From a bacterium (GTDB taxonomy: Bacteria; Hinthialibacterota; Hinthialibacteria; Hinthialibacterales; Hinthialibacteraceae): 64,000 nt of DNA. The stretch covers positions 1-64,000 of the forward strand of contig JBHGBC010000011.1 in NCBI GenBank assembly GCA_041946805.1, given 5' to 3'. How positions within the stretch are numbered: position 1 is the first letter of the stretch; every line of letters begins with the position of its first letter. This document shows positions 18,283-28,149 of the stretch, in pieces. The translations under genes were made by a program, and so were the position numbers. The notes below the pieces were generated by a model. It had not been told where the DNA came from, did not search any database, and saw nothing but the letters and a program-made list of their open reading frames with translations.

Positions 18283-19641
18283 TTACCGCATATACTCCAC
18301 CGCCACTTGCGCCAGCGCGCGGACGCCGGTGATCAGGGCGTTTTCATCCACGAAAAACAGGGGGGAATGGTTGACGGGCGCCTTAGTCCAATCCTGATCG
18401 GGCGGTGTGACGCCCAGGAAAAAATACAGCCCGGGGATCTGTTGCCCGTAATACGAAAAATCCTCCGCCCCGGTCGCGGCGGGAGCGATCGACACCTTTT
18501 CTTTCCCCGCGATTTTCTCGAAAACCGGAACCATGCGCGCGGTGAGTTCCGGATCGTTGACCGTTACGGGATACCCCTTGTTGATCCGCACGTCGGCGGT
18601 GGCCCCGGCGCTTTCCGCGATATGGATCACGGTCCGTTTGACCTGCATATGGATCACGTCCCGCATTTTTTCGTCCAGGGTGCGGATCGTGCCGGTCATC
18701 TCCACCTCGTCCGGGATGATGTTGGAGCGCACGCCGCCCCGGATGATGCCGATGGTCACCACCGCGGGGGATTCGGTCAGATCCGTCTGGCGGCTGACAA
18801 CCGTCTGCAAACCCATGATCACTTGCGCGGCCGCCACGATCGGATCGACGCCGTCCCAGGGCCGCGCGCCGTGCGTCTGCCGGCCGTGGATGGTGATGGA
18901 AAGCGTATCCGAACTGGCCATGGCCGGACCCGGCCGGTACGAAATCGTCCCGGTGGGATACACCCGGGTATGGAGGCCGAAAATCGCGTCGGGCTTCGGA
19001 TTTTCCAACACGCCCTGCTTGATCATCAGCGCCGCCCCGCCTTCCTCGCCCTCGGGCGCGCCTTCCTCGGCGGGCTGGAAGATGAATTTGACCGTCCCGG
19101 GGATTTGATCGCGCAATTGCGACATGATCTTGGCGGCGCCCAGCAGGATGGCGGTATGCGCGTCGTGACCGCAGGCGTGCATGACCCCGGTTTCCTTGCC
19201 GTTGTACAGGGCTTTTTCCTTGGAGGCGAAGGGCAGGTCCAGCGCCTCGGTCACGGGCAGCGCGTCCATGTCGGCCCGCAAGGCCACCACCGGACGGTCC
19301 TGCGTTCCCCGCAAAATCCCCACCACGCCGGTATGCGCCACGCCGGTTTGGACCTCCAGCCCGAAACTCTTCAGTTGATCGGCCACCAACTGCGCCGTGC
19401 GGAACTCCCGGTTGGACAACTCCGGATGTTGGTGGACGTCCCGCCGCCAGGCGATCACCTCCGGCTCCACCTGGGCCGCGAGCCGGTCGATGGCCGCGGC
19501 CAGCGGGGATTCCGCCGCGCCGGGAGTTTCAGCCATCGGGCCGCTGGGGGGAATTAACATAAAAATGAAGAAACAGATCCGATGGAAACGGGCCCATGGC
19601 CCGATCCGCGAAGGGCGGCATGCAAGGAACTTGGCAGGCAT
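18283..19641 (-). CDS. M20D-family amidohydrolase with probable signal peptide
   Basis: HQHPELSNREFRT, RADMDALP, MHACGHDAH, QPAEEG, AEDF, NHSP. Confidence 0.92.
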   Translation of the reverse strand: MPAKFLACRPSRIGPWARFHRICFFIFMLIPPSGPMAETPGAAESPLAAAIDRLAAQVEPEVIAWRRDVHQHPELSNREFRTAQLVADQLKSFGLEVQTGVAHTGVVGILRGTQDRPVVALRADMDALPVTEALDLPFASKEKALYNGKETGVMHACGHDAHTAILLGAAKIMSQLRDQIPGTVKFIFQPAEEGAPEGEEGGAALMIKQGVLENPKPDAIFGLHTRVYPTGTISYRPGPAMASSDTLSITIHGRQTHGARPWDGVDPIVAAAQVIMGLQTVVSRQTDLTESPAVVTIGIIRGGVRSNIIPDEVEMTGTIRTLDEKMRDVIHMQVKRTVIHIAESAGATADVRINKGYPVTVNDPELTARMVPVFEKIAGKEKVSIAPAATGAEDFSYYGQQIPGLYFFLGVTPPDQDWTKAPVNHSPLFFVDENALITGVRALAQVAVEYMR

Positions 19642-19683
19642 GGTTTGCCTCCTTGGCCAGGAAATTCGTTTAACGCGGAATGA

Positions 19684-20811
19684 TCACATATCGGTCCCTG
19701 ACTTCACCGCGGAGGGGGCCGGTTTACTCTGCCTCAGCAGCCATTGGTAGACTTCGGGATTGTTGTAGGTCGCCGTCCAGGAATCGTGGTCGGCGTTGGG
19801 ATAGACGGTATATTGGACGTTGCCTCCCAGCGCCCGCAGCTCGGCCACGGTTTGAGCGTCCAGGGACTCCGGCACGGTGCCGTCCTTGGCGCCGTGGAAC
19901 GCCCAGATGGGAATGGGAACCAGGTTGGCCAGATCCGCCGCCGGGATGGTGTCCCGCGTGTACGACGTAATGGATTTCCATTTCATCGCGTCGCCCGCGC
20001 CGCAAATGGGCACCGCCGCGGCGATCCAGTCCGGATAGGCGCCGGCGAAACTCCACGATCCGAAGCCGCCCATGCTGAGTCCGGTGATGTAAATCCGGCG
20101 GGGATCCACCGCGTAGGTGGTCACGACTTGGTTGAATACTTCATATAAGGGTGGATTCAGCCACCACTTGTTGACCGGACATTGCGGAGAGACCACGACG
20201 CATTGGAACAATTCCGGAAACTTGTCCCGGTTCGCCGCGACGCCCAGCAATTTCGGCGGGCCGTGGGTTTTGACGCCCGTCAAGGTGTCCCCCCGTTCCC
20301 CCGCGCCGTGCAAGAAGAGGATCATCGGCCATTTTCGACCGCCGGTCCCGTAATCCTCCGGCAGGTACAACCAATAGGGGTAGGTCAGCCCGGTTTTGAG
20401 GGGAACCTGTTTTCCCGGCGCGGGTTTGGGCGCGGACAACCGGTCCGGCCCCGTGATCACGGCCTCGCCCGCTTTTCCGGAGAAAACTCCATCCTGGGCC
20501 GTTCCGGCCGGGGGGATGAGGTAATACGTCAGGGTTTTGTTTCCGGTAAAAGAGGTCAGATCCCAGGTGATTTTTCCATCGGCTACTACACCACCTCCCA
20601 TCACCCGGTTGATGGCCCAATCCGCCGGGGGTTGCTCGGTCACCGTGACCGCCCCCGGATCGCCGGTCACCTTGATCGTCACGGTGATCTGGACGCCCGG
20701 CAGGAAGAATTCCTCCGGCAGGGAGCGCACCGCCTGGACGGCGCCCCACGCGGCTGTTTGGATGAATGACGCCCAGAGGAAAACGGATACCCATCGTGAA
20801 ATGGCGCGCAT
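19684..20811 (-). CDS. secreted alpha/beta hydrolase (COG4099 predicted peptidase/esterase) with N-terminal beta-sandwich domain
   Basis: Signal peptide; LFLHGAGERG, VVSPQCP, TGLSMGGFGSW nucleophile elbow, WAFHGAKD, HDSW. Confidence 0.85.
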   Translation of the reverse strand: MRAISRWVSVFLWASFIQTAAWGAVQAVRSLPEEFFLPGVQITVTIKVTGDPGAVTVTEQPPADWAINRVMGGGVVADGKITWDLTSFTGNKTLTYYLIPPAGTAQDGVFSGKAGEAVITGPDRLSAPKPAPGKQVPLKTGLTYPYWLYLPEDYGTGGRKWPMILFLHGAGERGDTLTGVKTHGPPKLLGVAANRDKFPELFQCVVVSPQCPVNKWWLNPPLYEVFNQVVTTYAVDPRRIYITGLSMGGFGSWSFAGAYPDWIAAAVPICGAGDAMKWKSITSYTRDTIPAADLANLVPIPIWAFHGAKDGTVPESLDAQTVAELRALGGNVQYTVYPNADHDSWTATYNNPEVYQWLLRQSKPAPSAVKSGTDM

Positions 20812-20922
20812 CAAAACCGTCTCTCCTTTCAAAATGGAATGGAACCTGGATGAATCGGATTTCAGTGAATGGTGCAATTTAGTCAATCGCATAAAAAAGA
20901 TGTTTTTATCCTTTCCGGACTT

Positions 20923-21029
20923 CCCTCACCCTGATCCTCTCCCAGAGGGTGAGGGGATTAATTCCTATTGTTTTTTATCCTTCCCAGGGCTTACGCCCTG
21001 GGCTATGCTCATGCCGCGCCGTTGGCGCT
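20923..21029. repeat. composite repeat B+A (inverted orientation)
   Basis: Its reverse complement matches 39059-39162 in unit order and sequence. Confidence 0.8.
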
Positions 21030-21253
21030 GGAATGCTGTACTGCCGCTGGTCTGCAAACCGGTAAAGAGTTTCCAGGAATCAATTCGTGCATTCCGCCTG
21101 TCTCATCAATCTCTCCCCCCGGCCTTTCCTGGATGAAGCGGGGTGACGCGGATCCTCTCCACCACCATACGCTTCCATCTCGGCCAAAGTCCATTGTTCT
21201 CTCCCGGAATCCGGGATAAAATCAACCAGCCCATGCAGCGGGGGGACGGGACG

Positions 21254-21943
21254 ATGCGCGCTCGGCGCCGGCCTGCGCCGGGATTTACTTTGATCGAACT
21301 GCTCATCGTGGTGGCGATCATTGGCATTTTGGCCGCCATCGCGGTGCCCAATTTCCTCAACGCCCAAATCCGGGCCAAGGTGGCGCGGGTGGTCTCGGAA
21401 GAGCGCTCCCTCCGCGACGCCTACACCCAATATTTCCTTGACCGCAACGCCTGGCCGCCCCACATTCATGGTGACGCGCAGCACCGGTATGTCACCACCC
21501 CGGTTCCTTATCTGACCACTTCCGTTTTTTGTCCCTTTCTCAATACGCATCGGGGCCGGCTGGTGGAGCAATGGGACCCGTTCCGCGGCCAATATCACGC
21601 GGAAGTGGCCTCCCGCTGGCACGACAATGTCTGGCCCTGGCTGGCCCAGAACGAGCCGGCCTATTGGGCCGAACAACACAACACCGCGTTCTTCTTGATC
21701 AGTTTAGGGCCGGACCTGTTCTTCGATCAATGGAAACCCTCCGCCTGCCGTTACAATCCCAGCAACGGCGTCCTCAGCGGAGGCGATGTCCTTACTCCCA
21801 TCCCCGGCGGTTTTCAATATCAATATCCCTATATCAATATCCCTATTCCGAACGGAATAGGTGATTCTCTTGGGATTTTTCTGCAGGTGCGTGCTCATGT
21901 ATACGATGACCGGACCTCGCTCCTATCCGGTTGCCCGGTGTGA
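21254..21943 (+). CDS. prepilin-type (GspG-like) protein
   Basis: MRARRRPAPG|FTLIELLIVVAIIGILAAIAVPNFLNAQIRAKVAR. Confidence 0.9.
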   Translation: MRARRRPAPGFTLIELLIVVAIIGILAAIAVPNFLNAQIRAKVARVVSEERSLRDAYTQYFLDRNAWPPHIHGDAQHRYVTTPVPYLTTSVFCPFLNTHRGRLVEQWDPFRGQYHAEVASRWHDNVWPWLAQNEPAYWAEQHNTAFFLISLGPDLFFDQWKPSACRYNPSNGVLSGGDVLTPIPGGFQYQYPYINIPIPNGIGDSLGIFLQVRAHVYDDRTSLLSGCPV

Positions 21944-22084
21944 TTAACCATTATCCCTGACCTCTCCGGGAGCGGACCCGGGTGAGGGAATCTTACAGGG
22001 CCGGACCTCTGTGTCCGGCCGGATAACTGGAGTCATGATTGGATCCGCCTTACGCACTGTCCCGATGAATTTCCCGGCTCAGAC

Positions 22085-22145
22085 TTGACAGCCTTCCCGT
22101 TTTCAGTAACGTATGAATATCTGTTCAAGAGAGAACATTTGTTCA
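22085..22145 (+). promoter_or_regulatory. promoter with tandem palindromic operator for the SorC-family regulator
   Basis: TTGACA at 22085; candidate -10 TAACGT at 22107; TGAATATCTGTTCA (22114-22127) and AGAACATTTGTTCA (22132-22145) both fit TGAACA-N2-TGTTCA. Confidence 0.65.
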
Positions 22146-22164
22146 TACCGGATTGGTCCTGTTC

Positions 22165-23127
22165 ATGCCCCTCCATGAGGATTTATACCGCTTGCTGTAC
22201 AAGATCGCCCAGGCCTATTACCTGGACGGCCTGACCCAGCAGCAAATCGCCAAGCGGTTCAACCTGTCCCGGCCCAAGGTCTCGCGGCTGCTTCAGCAAG
22301 CCCGGGACGAAAAAATCGTGAACATCACTCTGGTCCCTCCTTCGGGGAGCCTGGCCGGCCTGGAGAACACTCTGGAAGACCAATACGGCCTGGATGAGGT
22401 GATTCTCGTTCCGGTCAGCGATCCCGCGGACACGGGCGAGGTGGCGCGCAGGCTCGGCCCCCCGGCGGGGGAATATCTGCTGCGCTCACTGCACGACCAT
22501 GACACGCTGGCGCTCGCGTGGGGAACCACCCTCTCGGCGGCGGTCAACGCCTTGCCTTGCCGATCGTGGAACCACCTGACCATCGTGCAGATGATCGGCG
22601 GCCTGGGTCCGGATGATTCCAACGAGCATTCGGCGGAGCTGGTGCGGCGGGCCGCGCGGAGGCTCCAGGCCCAATTCCGGCTGGTGCGCGCGCCCGGCAT
22701 CGTCGCCACCACCGCCGCCGCCAAGGCTTTGCGGGCCGATCCGCAGATCGCGGACACCTTGGAACACGCCGCCCGCGCGGACTTCGCCCTGGTGGGATTG
22801 GGGGTGTTGTCCCCCGGCACGGTGCTGCGGCAAAGCGGAACGATTTTGGGGGAAAACGATTTGGCGCTGTTGAAACAATCCGGCGCGGCGGGCGATATCA
22901 TCCTGCGCTTTCTGGATGAACAGGGCGCGCCCCTCGGTCTGGATATCAACAAGCGGATCATCGGCCTGACTTTGGAGCAACTCAAAAAAATCCCCCGGGT
23001 GGCGGGCGTGGCGGGCGGAACCGCCAAGTACAAGATCATCCGCGCCGCCCTGCGGGGCCGGTGGTTGAACGTGTTGATCACCGATCAGCAAACCGGCGAG
23101 CGTCTGGCCGCGGATCGTGACGGTTGA
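22165..23127 (+). CDS. SorC/DeoR(Bacillus)/LsrR-family sugar-binding transcriptional regulator
   Basis: AYYLDGLTQQQIAKRFNLSRPKVSRLL HTH; AWGTT; GAAGDI..RF.D.QG; AALRG...VLITD. Confidence 0.92.
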   Translation: MPLHEDLYRLLYKIAQAYYLDGLTQQQIAKRFNLSRPKVSRLLQQARDEKIVNITLVPPSGSLAGLENTLEDQYGLDEVILVPVSDPADTGEVARRLGPPAGEYLLRSLHDHDTLALAWGTTLSAAVNALPCRSWNHLTIVQMIGGLGPDDSNEHSAELVRRAARRLQAQFRLVRAPGIVATTAAAKALRADPQIADTLEHAARADFALVGLGVLSPGTVLRQSGTILGENDLALLKQSGAAGDIILRFLDEQGAPLGLDINKRIIGLTLEQLKKIPRVAGVAGGTAKYKIIRAALRGRWLNVLITDQQTGERLAADRDG

Positions 23128-23142
23128 AAAATCGGAGGATGG

Positions 23143-23799
23143 GTGAGTGAAGCGGAATCCATCCACAGTACCTGGAATTCCATCGTGACTGCCATGAACG
23201 ATCAAGAAATGCTTCGCGCCGCGATAACCGTCATCGAGAACGAAGCCCAGGCGGTTCGCGCGGTGGCCGGTCAACTCGATGGCAGCCTGACCGAAACTTT
23301 ACTCCGCCTCCTGGAGTGTGCGGGCCACGTGCTGGTGACGGGGACGGGCACGTCGCGCTTCGTGGCGGAACGCTTCGCGCATCTGCTTTGCTGCAGCGGA
23401 ACGCCCGCCCTGTTCATCAACGCGGCGGACAGCCTGCATGGCGGGGCGGGAGCCGTCACCGCCCGGGACGTGGTCTTCATCATATCCAAGGGCGGCCGGA
23501 GCGCGGAAATCAACCAGTTCGCCGCCATCGCCCGGACTCGGGGCGCGGGCCTGATCGCCCTGACCGAAACCGCCGATTCTCCCTTGGCGCAAACCTGCGA
23601 TCTCATTTTGCGGATCAAAGCCGCGGAAGGAGTGGATCCCTACGGGATGATCGCCACGGGCAGTTCGCTGGTCAACGCGGCCGTCTGTGACGCCCTTTGT
23701 GTGCTTGTGCTCCAATTGCGAGGCTACACGCGGGAGCAGTTCCGCCAAACGCATCCCGGGGGCGCGGTGGGACAGCAGTGGGAAGAGAAGAAATCCTGA
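23143..23799 (+). CDS. SIS-domain sugar-phosphate isomerase (KpsF/GutQ-like, no CBS domains)
   Basis: VTGTGTS..VA, SGTPALF, HGG.G, ISKGG.S.E, F..THPGGAVG. Alternative ATG start at 23194. Confidence 0.85.
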   Translation: MSEAESIHSTWNSIVTAMNDQEMLRAAITVIENEAQAVRAVAGQLDGSLTETLLRLLECAGHVLVTGTGTSRFVAERFAHLLCCSGTPALFINAADSLHGGAGAVTARDVVFIISKGGRSAEINQFAAIARTRGAGLIALTETADSPLAQTCDLILRIKAAEGVDPYGMIATGSSLVNAAVCDALCVLVLQLRGYTREQFRQTHPGGAVGQQWEEKKS

Positions 23800-23857
23800 A
23801 TTGGTTGAGTCTTTTTAAGGAAAGGCCTCGATGGGCCCGCATGCCGTAATGTCTTCT

Positions 23858-23906
23858 GCGCGCTGAACGCGCGGCATGAGCAGAGCCCGGGGCGTAAGCC
23901 CTGGGG
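23858..23906. repeat. repeat family B (stand-alone)
   Basis: GCGCGGCATGAGCAGAGCCCGGGGCGTAAGCCCTGGGG matches the B unit at 39059. Confidence 0.7.
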
Positions 23907-24000
23907 ACGGTGAACAACCAACCCCTGAACCCCTGAAGGCGCCATCTATTGCCTCATGCGGAGGCGTTAATAGTCCCCAGGAAAGGTAGCGTGAAACCAA

Positions 24001-25059
24001 TTGCAAGCGGCGTTTATCACGGGCCCCCAACAAATTGAGTTAAGGGAGATCCCCGTTCCCGCCGTACCCGAGGACGGCTTGCTTTTGCGCGTGGAGGCCT
24101 GCGGCGTGTGCGGCTCGGACCTCCGGCGTTGGAACGAGGGGCCTCTTCCCGGCGCGGCGGCGGTGATCCCCGGGCATGAAGCGGCGGGCGTGGTGCTCGA
24201 GACCGGCCCACAATGCTCCGGATTTACTCCCGGCGACCGCCTCGCGATCGCCCCGGATATCCATTGCGGTGCGTGTTACTACTGCCGCCGGGGATTATTC
24301 AACCTATGCGATCATCTCCAGCTGGTGGGCATCACGCCCGGAATCCACGGAGCGTTCGCTGATCAGCTGGTCCTGACGCGGCGGATCCTCGAAAACGGCA
24401 TCGTTCATGCTATGCCTGCCGGGATGCCTTTTTCCGAGGCGGCCTTCGCCGAACCGGCCTGTTCGGTCTTATCAGTGTATCAACGGTTCGGTGTGCAATT
24501 CGGCGAGACCATCGTCGTCATCGGGGCGGGACCGATCGGGTGCCTCTTCACGTTCTTGGGCAAAATCCGTAATGCGCGAGTGATTGTATCCGAAGCCAGC
24601 GCGGCCCGCCGGGACATCGCCGCGCGCTTTCAGCCGGACGCCCTGCTGGATCCCGGCGCCGAGGATCCCGTTCAGCGGGTTCGGGAACTGACCCAGGGGG
24701 TGGGGGCGGACCTGGTGATCTGCGCCAATCCGGTCGCGGCAACACAAACCCTGGCCGTGGAAATGGTCCGCAAGCGGGGCCGCGTGGTCCTCTTCGGTGG
24801 ATTGCCCAAGGCCGATCCCATGACCCGGCTCGACGCCAACCGCGTCCATTACGGGGAAATCGAGGTCGCGGGCGCGTTTTCTTATCATCCGGTCATCCAC
24901 GAAACCGCCCTGGATTTGATCCACCGGAAGATCATCCCGGCGGACCGATTCATCACCCACACGTTTCCGCTTGAACACATCCGGGAGGCGCTGGCCGCCG
25001 CCGCCTCCGCCACGGGACTCAAAGTCTTGGTGGAAAGAGAAAGAAGGCTGGGTACATGA
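24001..25059 (+). CDS. Zn-dependent alcohol/polyol dehydrogenase (MDR family)
   Basis: CGSD, GHE, CGACYYC...C structural Zn site, GAGPIG; TTG start. Confidence 0.92.
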   Translation: MQAAFITGPQQIELREIPVPAVPEDGLLLRVEACGVCGSDLRRWNEGPLPGAAAVIPGHEAAGVVLETGPQCSGFTPGDRLAIAPDIHCGACYYCRRGLFNLCDHLQLVGITPGIHGAFADQLVLTRRILENGIVHAMPAGMPFSEAAFAEPACSVLSVYQRFGVQFGETIVVIGAGPIGCLFTFLGKIRNARVIVSEASAARRDIAARFQPDALLDPGAEDPVQRVRELTQGVGADLVICANPVAATQTLAVEMVRKRGRVVLFGGLPKADPMTRLDANRVHYGEIEVAGAFSYHPVIHETALDLIHRKIIPADRFITHTFPLEHIREALAAAASATGLKVLVERERRLGT

Positions 25060-26405
25060 TTGGACTGCACGAAGAATTGCTGCTACGCGAACAGGAGAAG
25101 AATCCGGTGAAGATCGGCCTGATCGGCGCCGGGCAGATGGGCACCGATGTCTGCGCCCAGGTCAGCATGATGCGCGGCATCGACATCGTGGCCGCCGCCG
25201 ATATCGACATCGAACGCGCCCGCCGGGCCTTCGTCATCGCCCGGCTGGAGGGGGAGGCCGTGACGGTGGACACGCCGGAGGCAGCGGACGGGGCCGTGCG
25301 CGCGGGCAAGCGCGTCGCCGTTGCCGACTTCCGTGTCATCACGGACATGCGCTCCATCGATGTGATGCTCGAATCGACCGGCGTTCCCGAAATCGGAGCG
25401 CGGGCGGCTCTCCGCGCGGCCCGGAACGGGAAGCACCTGGCCATGATGAACGTCGAAACCGACATCACGGTAGGCCCCCTCCTCAACTGGTACGCCAATC
25501 AACAGGGCGTGCGGTACGCGCTCGCCGCCGGGGACGAACCCGCCGCCTGCAAGGAACTGTACGATTTCGCCCAATCCCTGGGATTCACCATCGTCGCCGC
25601 GGGCAAGGGGAAAAACAATCCGCTCGACCGGCACGCCACGCCGGACGATGAAACCTGGCGTAAGGAAGCCGCGCGCCGGGGACTCACTCCCAACATGTTG
25701 ATCGAGTTCGTGGACGGCAGCAAAACCATGATTGAAATGGCCGCGGTCTCCAACGCCACCGGCCTGGTTCCCGACGTTCGCGGGATGCACGGTCCGATAA
25801 CCAGCCGCGACGAACTTCATCGTACCTTTGCCGTGCAAGAACACGGCGGCGTCCTGAACCAGGCCGGCGTGGTCGATTACGGCATCGGTCCGGTCGCTCC
25901 GGGGGTGTTTTTGATCGTCACCACCCCGCATCCCCGCCTGCGCGAGGCCCTCATCCTGCGGGACATGGGCGACGGTCCTTATTACACGCTGTTCCGGCCG
26001 TACCATCTGTGCAGCATCGAGGTGCCCCTCACCTGCGCGATGCTGGCCATCCGCGGGAAATCCAACATGGTCCCCCTCGGCCGTCTCGTCTCCGAAGTCT
26101 TCGCGGTGGCCAAACGGGACCTGTCGCCGGGCGAGGTCCTGGACGGCATCGGCGGAACCACGTTCTACGGCCTGATCGACCGCTACGAAACCGCCCGCCA
26201 GGAAAGACTGCTGCCCATCGGTCTGGTCAAGGGCGCCAAAATAACTCGCCCGGTTTCCAAAGACTCACCGATTTCGTATGATGATGCCGTGCTGCACGAA
26301 CCCTCGGCGGTTTTGGATCTGCGCCGCCTGCAGGACGCCTGGATGCAGGGAGAAATTACAGAAAACGAACTGCTCGCGCGGATCGGGCGGATCGAGAGCG
26401 AATGA
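25056..26405 (+). CDS. NAD(P)-dependent oxidoreductase, homoserine-dehydrogenase-like with C-terminal SAF domain (COG4091)
   Basis: GLIGAGQMG, NVETDITVGP, GDEP, AAGKGKNN, DGSKTMIEM, RPYHL, AKRDL.PGE.LDGIGG. Confidence 0.88.
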   Translation: MIGLHEELLLREQEKNPVKIGLIGAGQMGTDVCAQVSMMRGIDIVAAADIDIERARRAFVIARLEGEAVTVDTPEAADGAVRAGKRVAVADFRVITDMRSIDVMLESTGVPEIGARAALRAARNGKHLAMMNVETDITVGPLLNWYANQQGVRYALAAGDEPAACKELYDFAQSLGFTIVAAGKGKNNPLDRHATPDDETWRKEAARRGLTPNMLIEFVDGSKTMIEMAAVSNATGLVPDVRGMHGPITSRDELHRTFAVQEHGGVLNQAGVVDYGIGPVAPGVFLIVTTPHPRLREALILRDMGDGPYYTLFRPYHLCSIEVPLTCAMLAIRGKSNMVPLGRLVSEVFAVAKRDLSPGEVLDGIGGTTFYGLIDRYETARQERLLPIGLVKGAKITRPVSKDSPISYDDAVLHEPSAVLDLRRLQDAWMQGEITENELLARIGRIESE

Positions 26406-26513
26406 GAGTATCGTGGGACTTTGCCGAGGGTTAAAACCTTCGGCTGCTTTTGGCGGCCCCTTGATAGGGGCGCAGGGGAGATGACGGCGGGTGAAGGGTG
26501 ATCGAATGGCTTC

Positions 26514-26598
26514 CCCTCACCCGGATCCTCTCCCGGAGGGAGAGGGAAATGCTTAAAAGGCTGGCAAACATGTCATCCCCGCGCTGCCGGGAATCCAG
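26514..26598. repeat. family A (inverted) plus family E repeats inside the sugar operon
   Basis: CCCTCACCCGGATCCTCTCCCGGAGGGAGAGGG and TGTCATCCCCGCGCTGCCGGGAATCCAG. Confidence 0.75.
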
Positions 26599-26724
26599 GC
26601 CCGGGGTTTTGATGGATGGCGCGTGGCGCGCTAATCCATCCTCCCAAATTCCAAAACGCACGAATGATCTATCCAAACCATCTTGAGTTCGATCATAGAG
26701 GACATTCAACGAAAGGCAAAAACC

Positions 26725-28131
26725 ATGGCCAAGGCAACCATCGCCGTAATTGTCGGCAACCGGGATTTCTTTCCGGACCGTCTGATTTCCGAAGGCCGGC
26801 AGGATATTCTCCAATTGTTCCAGGAACTGGATATCGAACCGGTGATTCTGAGTGAAACCGACACCAAACTGGGCGCGGTCGAAACCTGGGCGCAGGCCAA
26901 GCGCTGCGCCGAGCTGTTCAAGGCCCACCGGGAGCGGATCGACGGCGTGTTGGTCACGCTGCCCAACTTCGGGGATGAAAAAGGCGTCGCCGATACGCTG
27001 AAACTCTCCGGCCTGGATGTCCCCGTCCTGGTCCAGGCCTATCCCGACAACCTCAAGGAGCTGAACGTGGAACGCCGGCGGGACGCGTTCTGCGGCAAGA
27101 TCTCGGCATGCAGCAATCTCCGCCAATACCGCATTCCCTTCTCGCTCACCACGCTCCACACCGTACATCCGCTGGACGAAAGCTTCCTATCCGATTTCCG
27201 GCGCTTCATCGCCATCGGCAAGGTGGTCAAGGGCCTCAAGAACGCCCGGGTGGGAGCCATCGGCGCGCGGCCCAACGCCTTCAACACCGTCCGTTACAGT
27301 GAAAAGTTGCTGGAGGAATCGGGGATCAGCGTCTCCACCATCGACCTGTCCGAAATCATCGGCAAGGCGCAAAAATTGCCGGATAGCGACCCGCGGATCA
27401 AGCAAACTCTGGCGGAAATCAACGCCTACGCCGGCGCGGGCAGCGTGCCCCAGGCCCCTTTGGTGGCCATGGCCAAACTTTCCGTGGTCATCCGGGATTG
27501 GATGCGCCAGTACGATTTGAACGCCACCGCCATTCAATGTTGGACCTCTCTCCAGGAAAATTATGGCGTCAACCCCTGCACCCTCATGAGCATGATGAGC
27601 GAGCAACTCCTGCCCAGCGCCTGCGAGGTGGACATCACCGGCGTGGTGGCCATGTACGCGCTGCAACTGGCCTCCAACCGCCCCAGCGCCCTGGTGGACT
27701 GGAACAACAACTATGGGGACGATCCCGGCAAATGCGTCTTTTTCCATTGCGGCAACTGGGCCAAATCGTTCCTGCCGGACATCCAGATCAAAACCGCCGA
27801 CATCCTGGAAACCACGCTCGGCGCCGGCAAAACCTACGGCGCGGTCGCGGGCCGTACGCCCGCCGGGCCGTTGACGTTCGCCCGGGTCAGCACCGACGAC
27901 ACGTGCGGGATCATCCGCGCCTACGTGGGTGAAGGCCTCTTCACCGACGATCCCCTGGAGACCTTCGGCGCCCGGGCGGTGGCCCATGTTCCCAACCTGC
28001 AAGGCTTGATGCAATACATCTGCAACTATGGCTTCGAGCACCATGTTGCCATGAACGCCTCGCAAACCGCCGGAATCCTCTACGAGGCATTCGACAAGTA
28101 CTTGAATTGGGATGTCTATCTCCATATGTGA
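26725..28131 (+). CDS. L-fucose/L-arabinose isomerase-family protein
   Basis: GNRDFFP, PNFGDE, RRDAFCGKIS, AIQCW, ACEVD, FHCGN, GFEHH. Confidence 0.88.
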   Translation: MAKATIAVIVGNRDFFPDRLISEGRQDILQLFQELDIEPVILSETDTKLGAVETWAQAKRCAELFKAHRERIDGVLVTLPNFGDEKGVADTLKLSGLDVPVLVQAYPDNLKELNVERRRDAFCGKISACSNLRQYRIPFSLTTLHTVHPLDESFLSDFRRFIAIGKVVKGLKNARVGAIGARPNAFNTVRYSEKLLEESGISVSTIDLSEIIGKAQKLPDSDPRIKQTLAEINAYAGAGSVPQAPLVAMAKLSVVIRDWMRQYDLNATAIQCWTSLQENYGVNPCTLMSMMSEQLLPSACEVDITGVVAMYALQLASNRPSALVDWNNNYGDDPGKCVFFHCGNWAKSFLPDIQIKTADILETTLGAGKTYGAVAGRTPAGPLTFARVSTDDTCGIIRAYVGEGLFTDDPLETFGARAVAHVPNLQGLMQYICNYGFEHHVAMNASQTAGILYEAFDKYLNWDVYLHM

Positions 28132-28149
28132 TTCCAGAGGAACCGTTGC

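Noticed and set aside
23143..23799. Annotation as kdsD/kpsF for LPS or capsule synthesis
   Set aside because: No CBS domains and no kds genes nearby; it sits in a catabolic operon.
25056..26405. Annotation as homoserine dehydrogenase (hom)
   Set aside because: The SAF domain and sugar-operon context indicate COG4091, not the aspartate-pathway enzyme.
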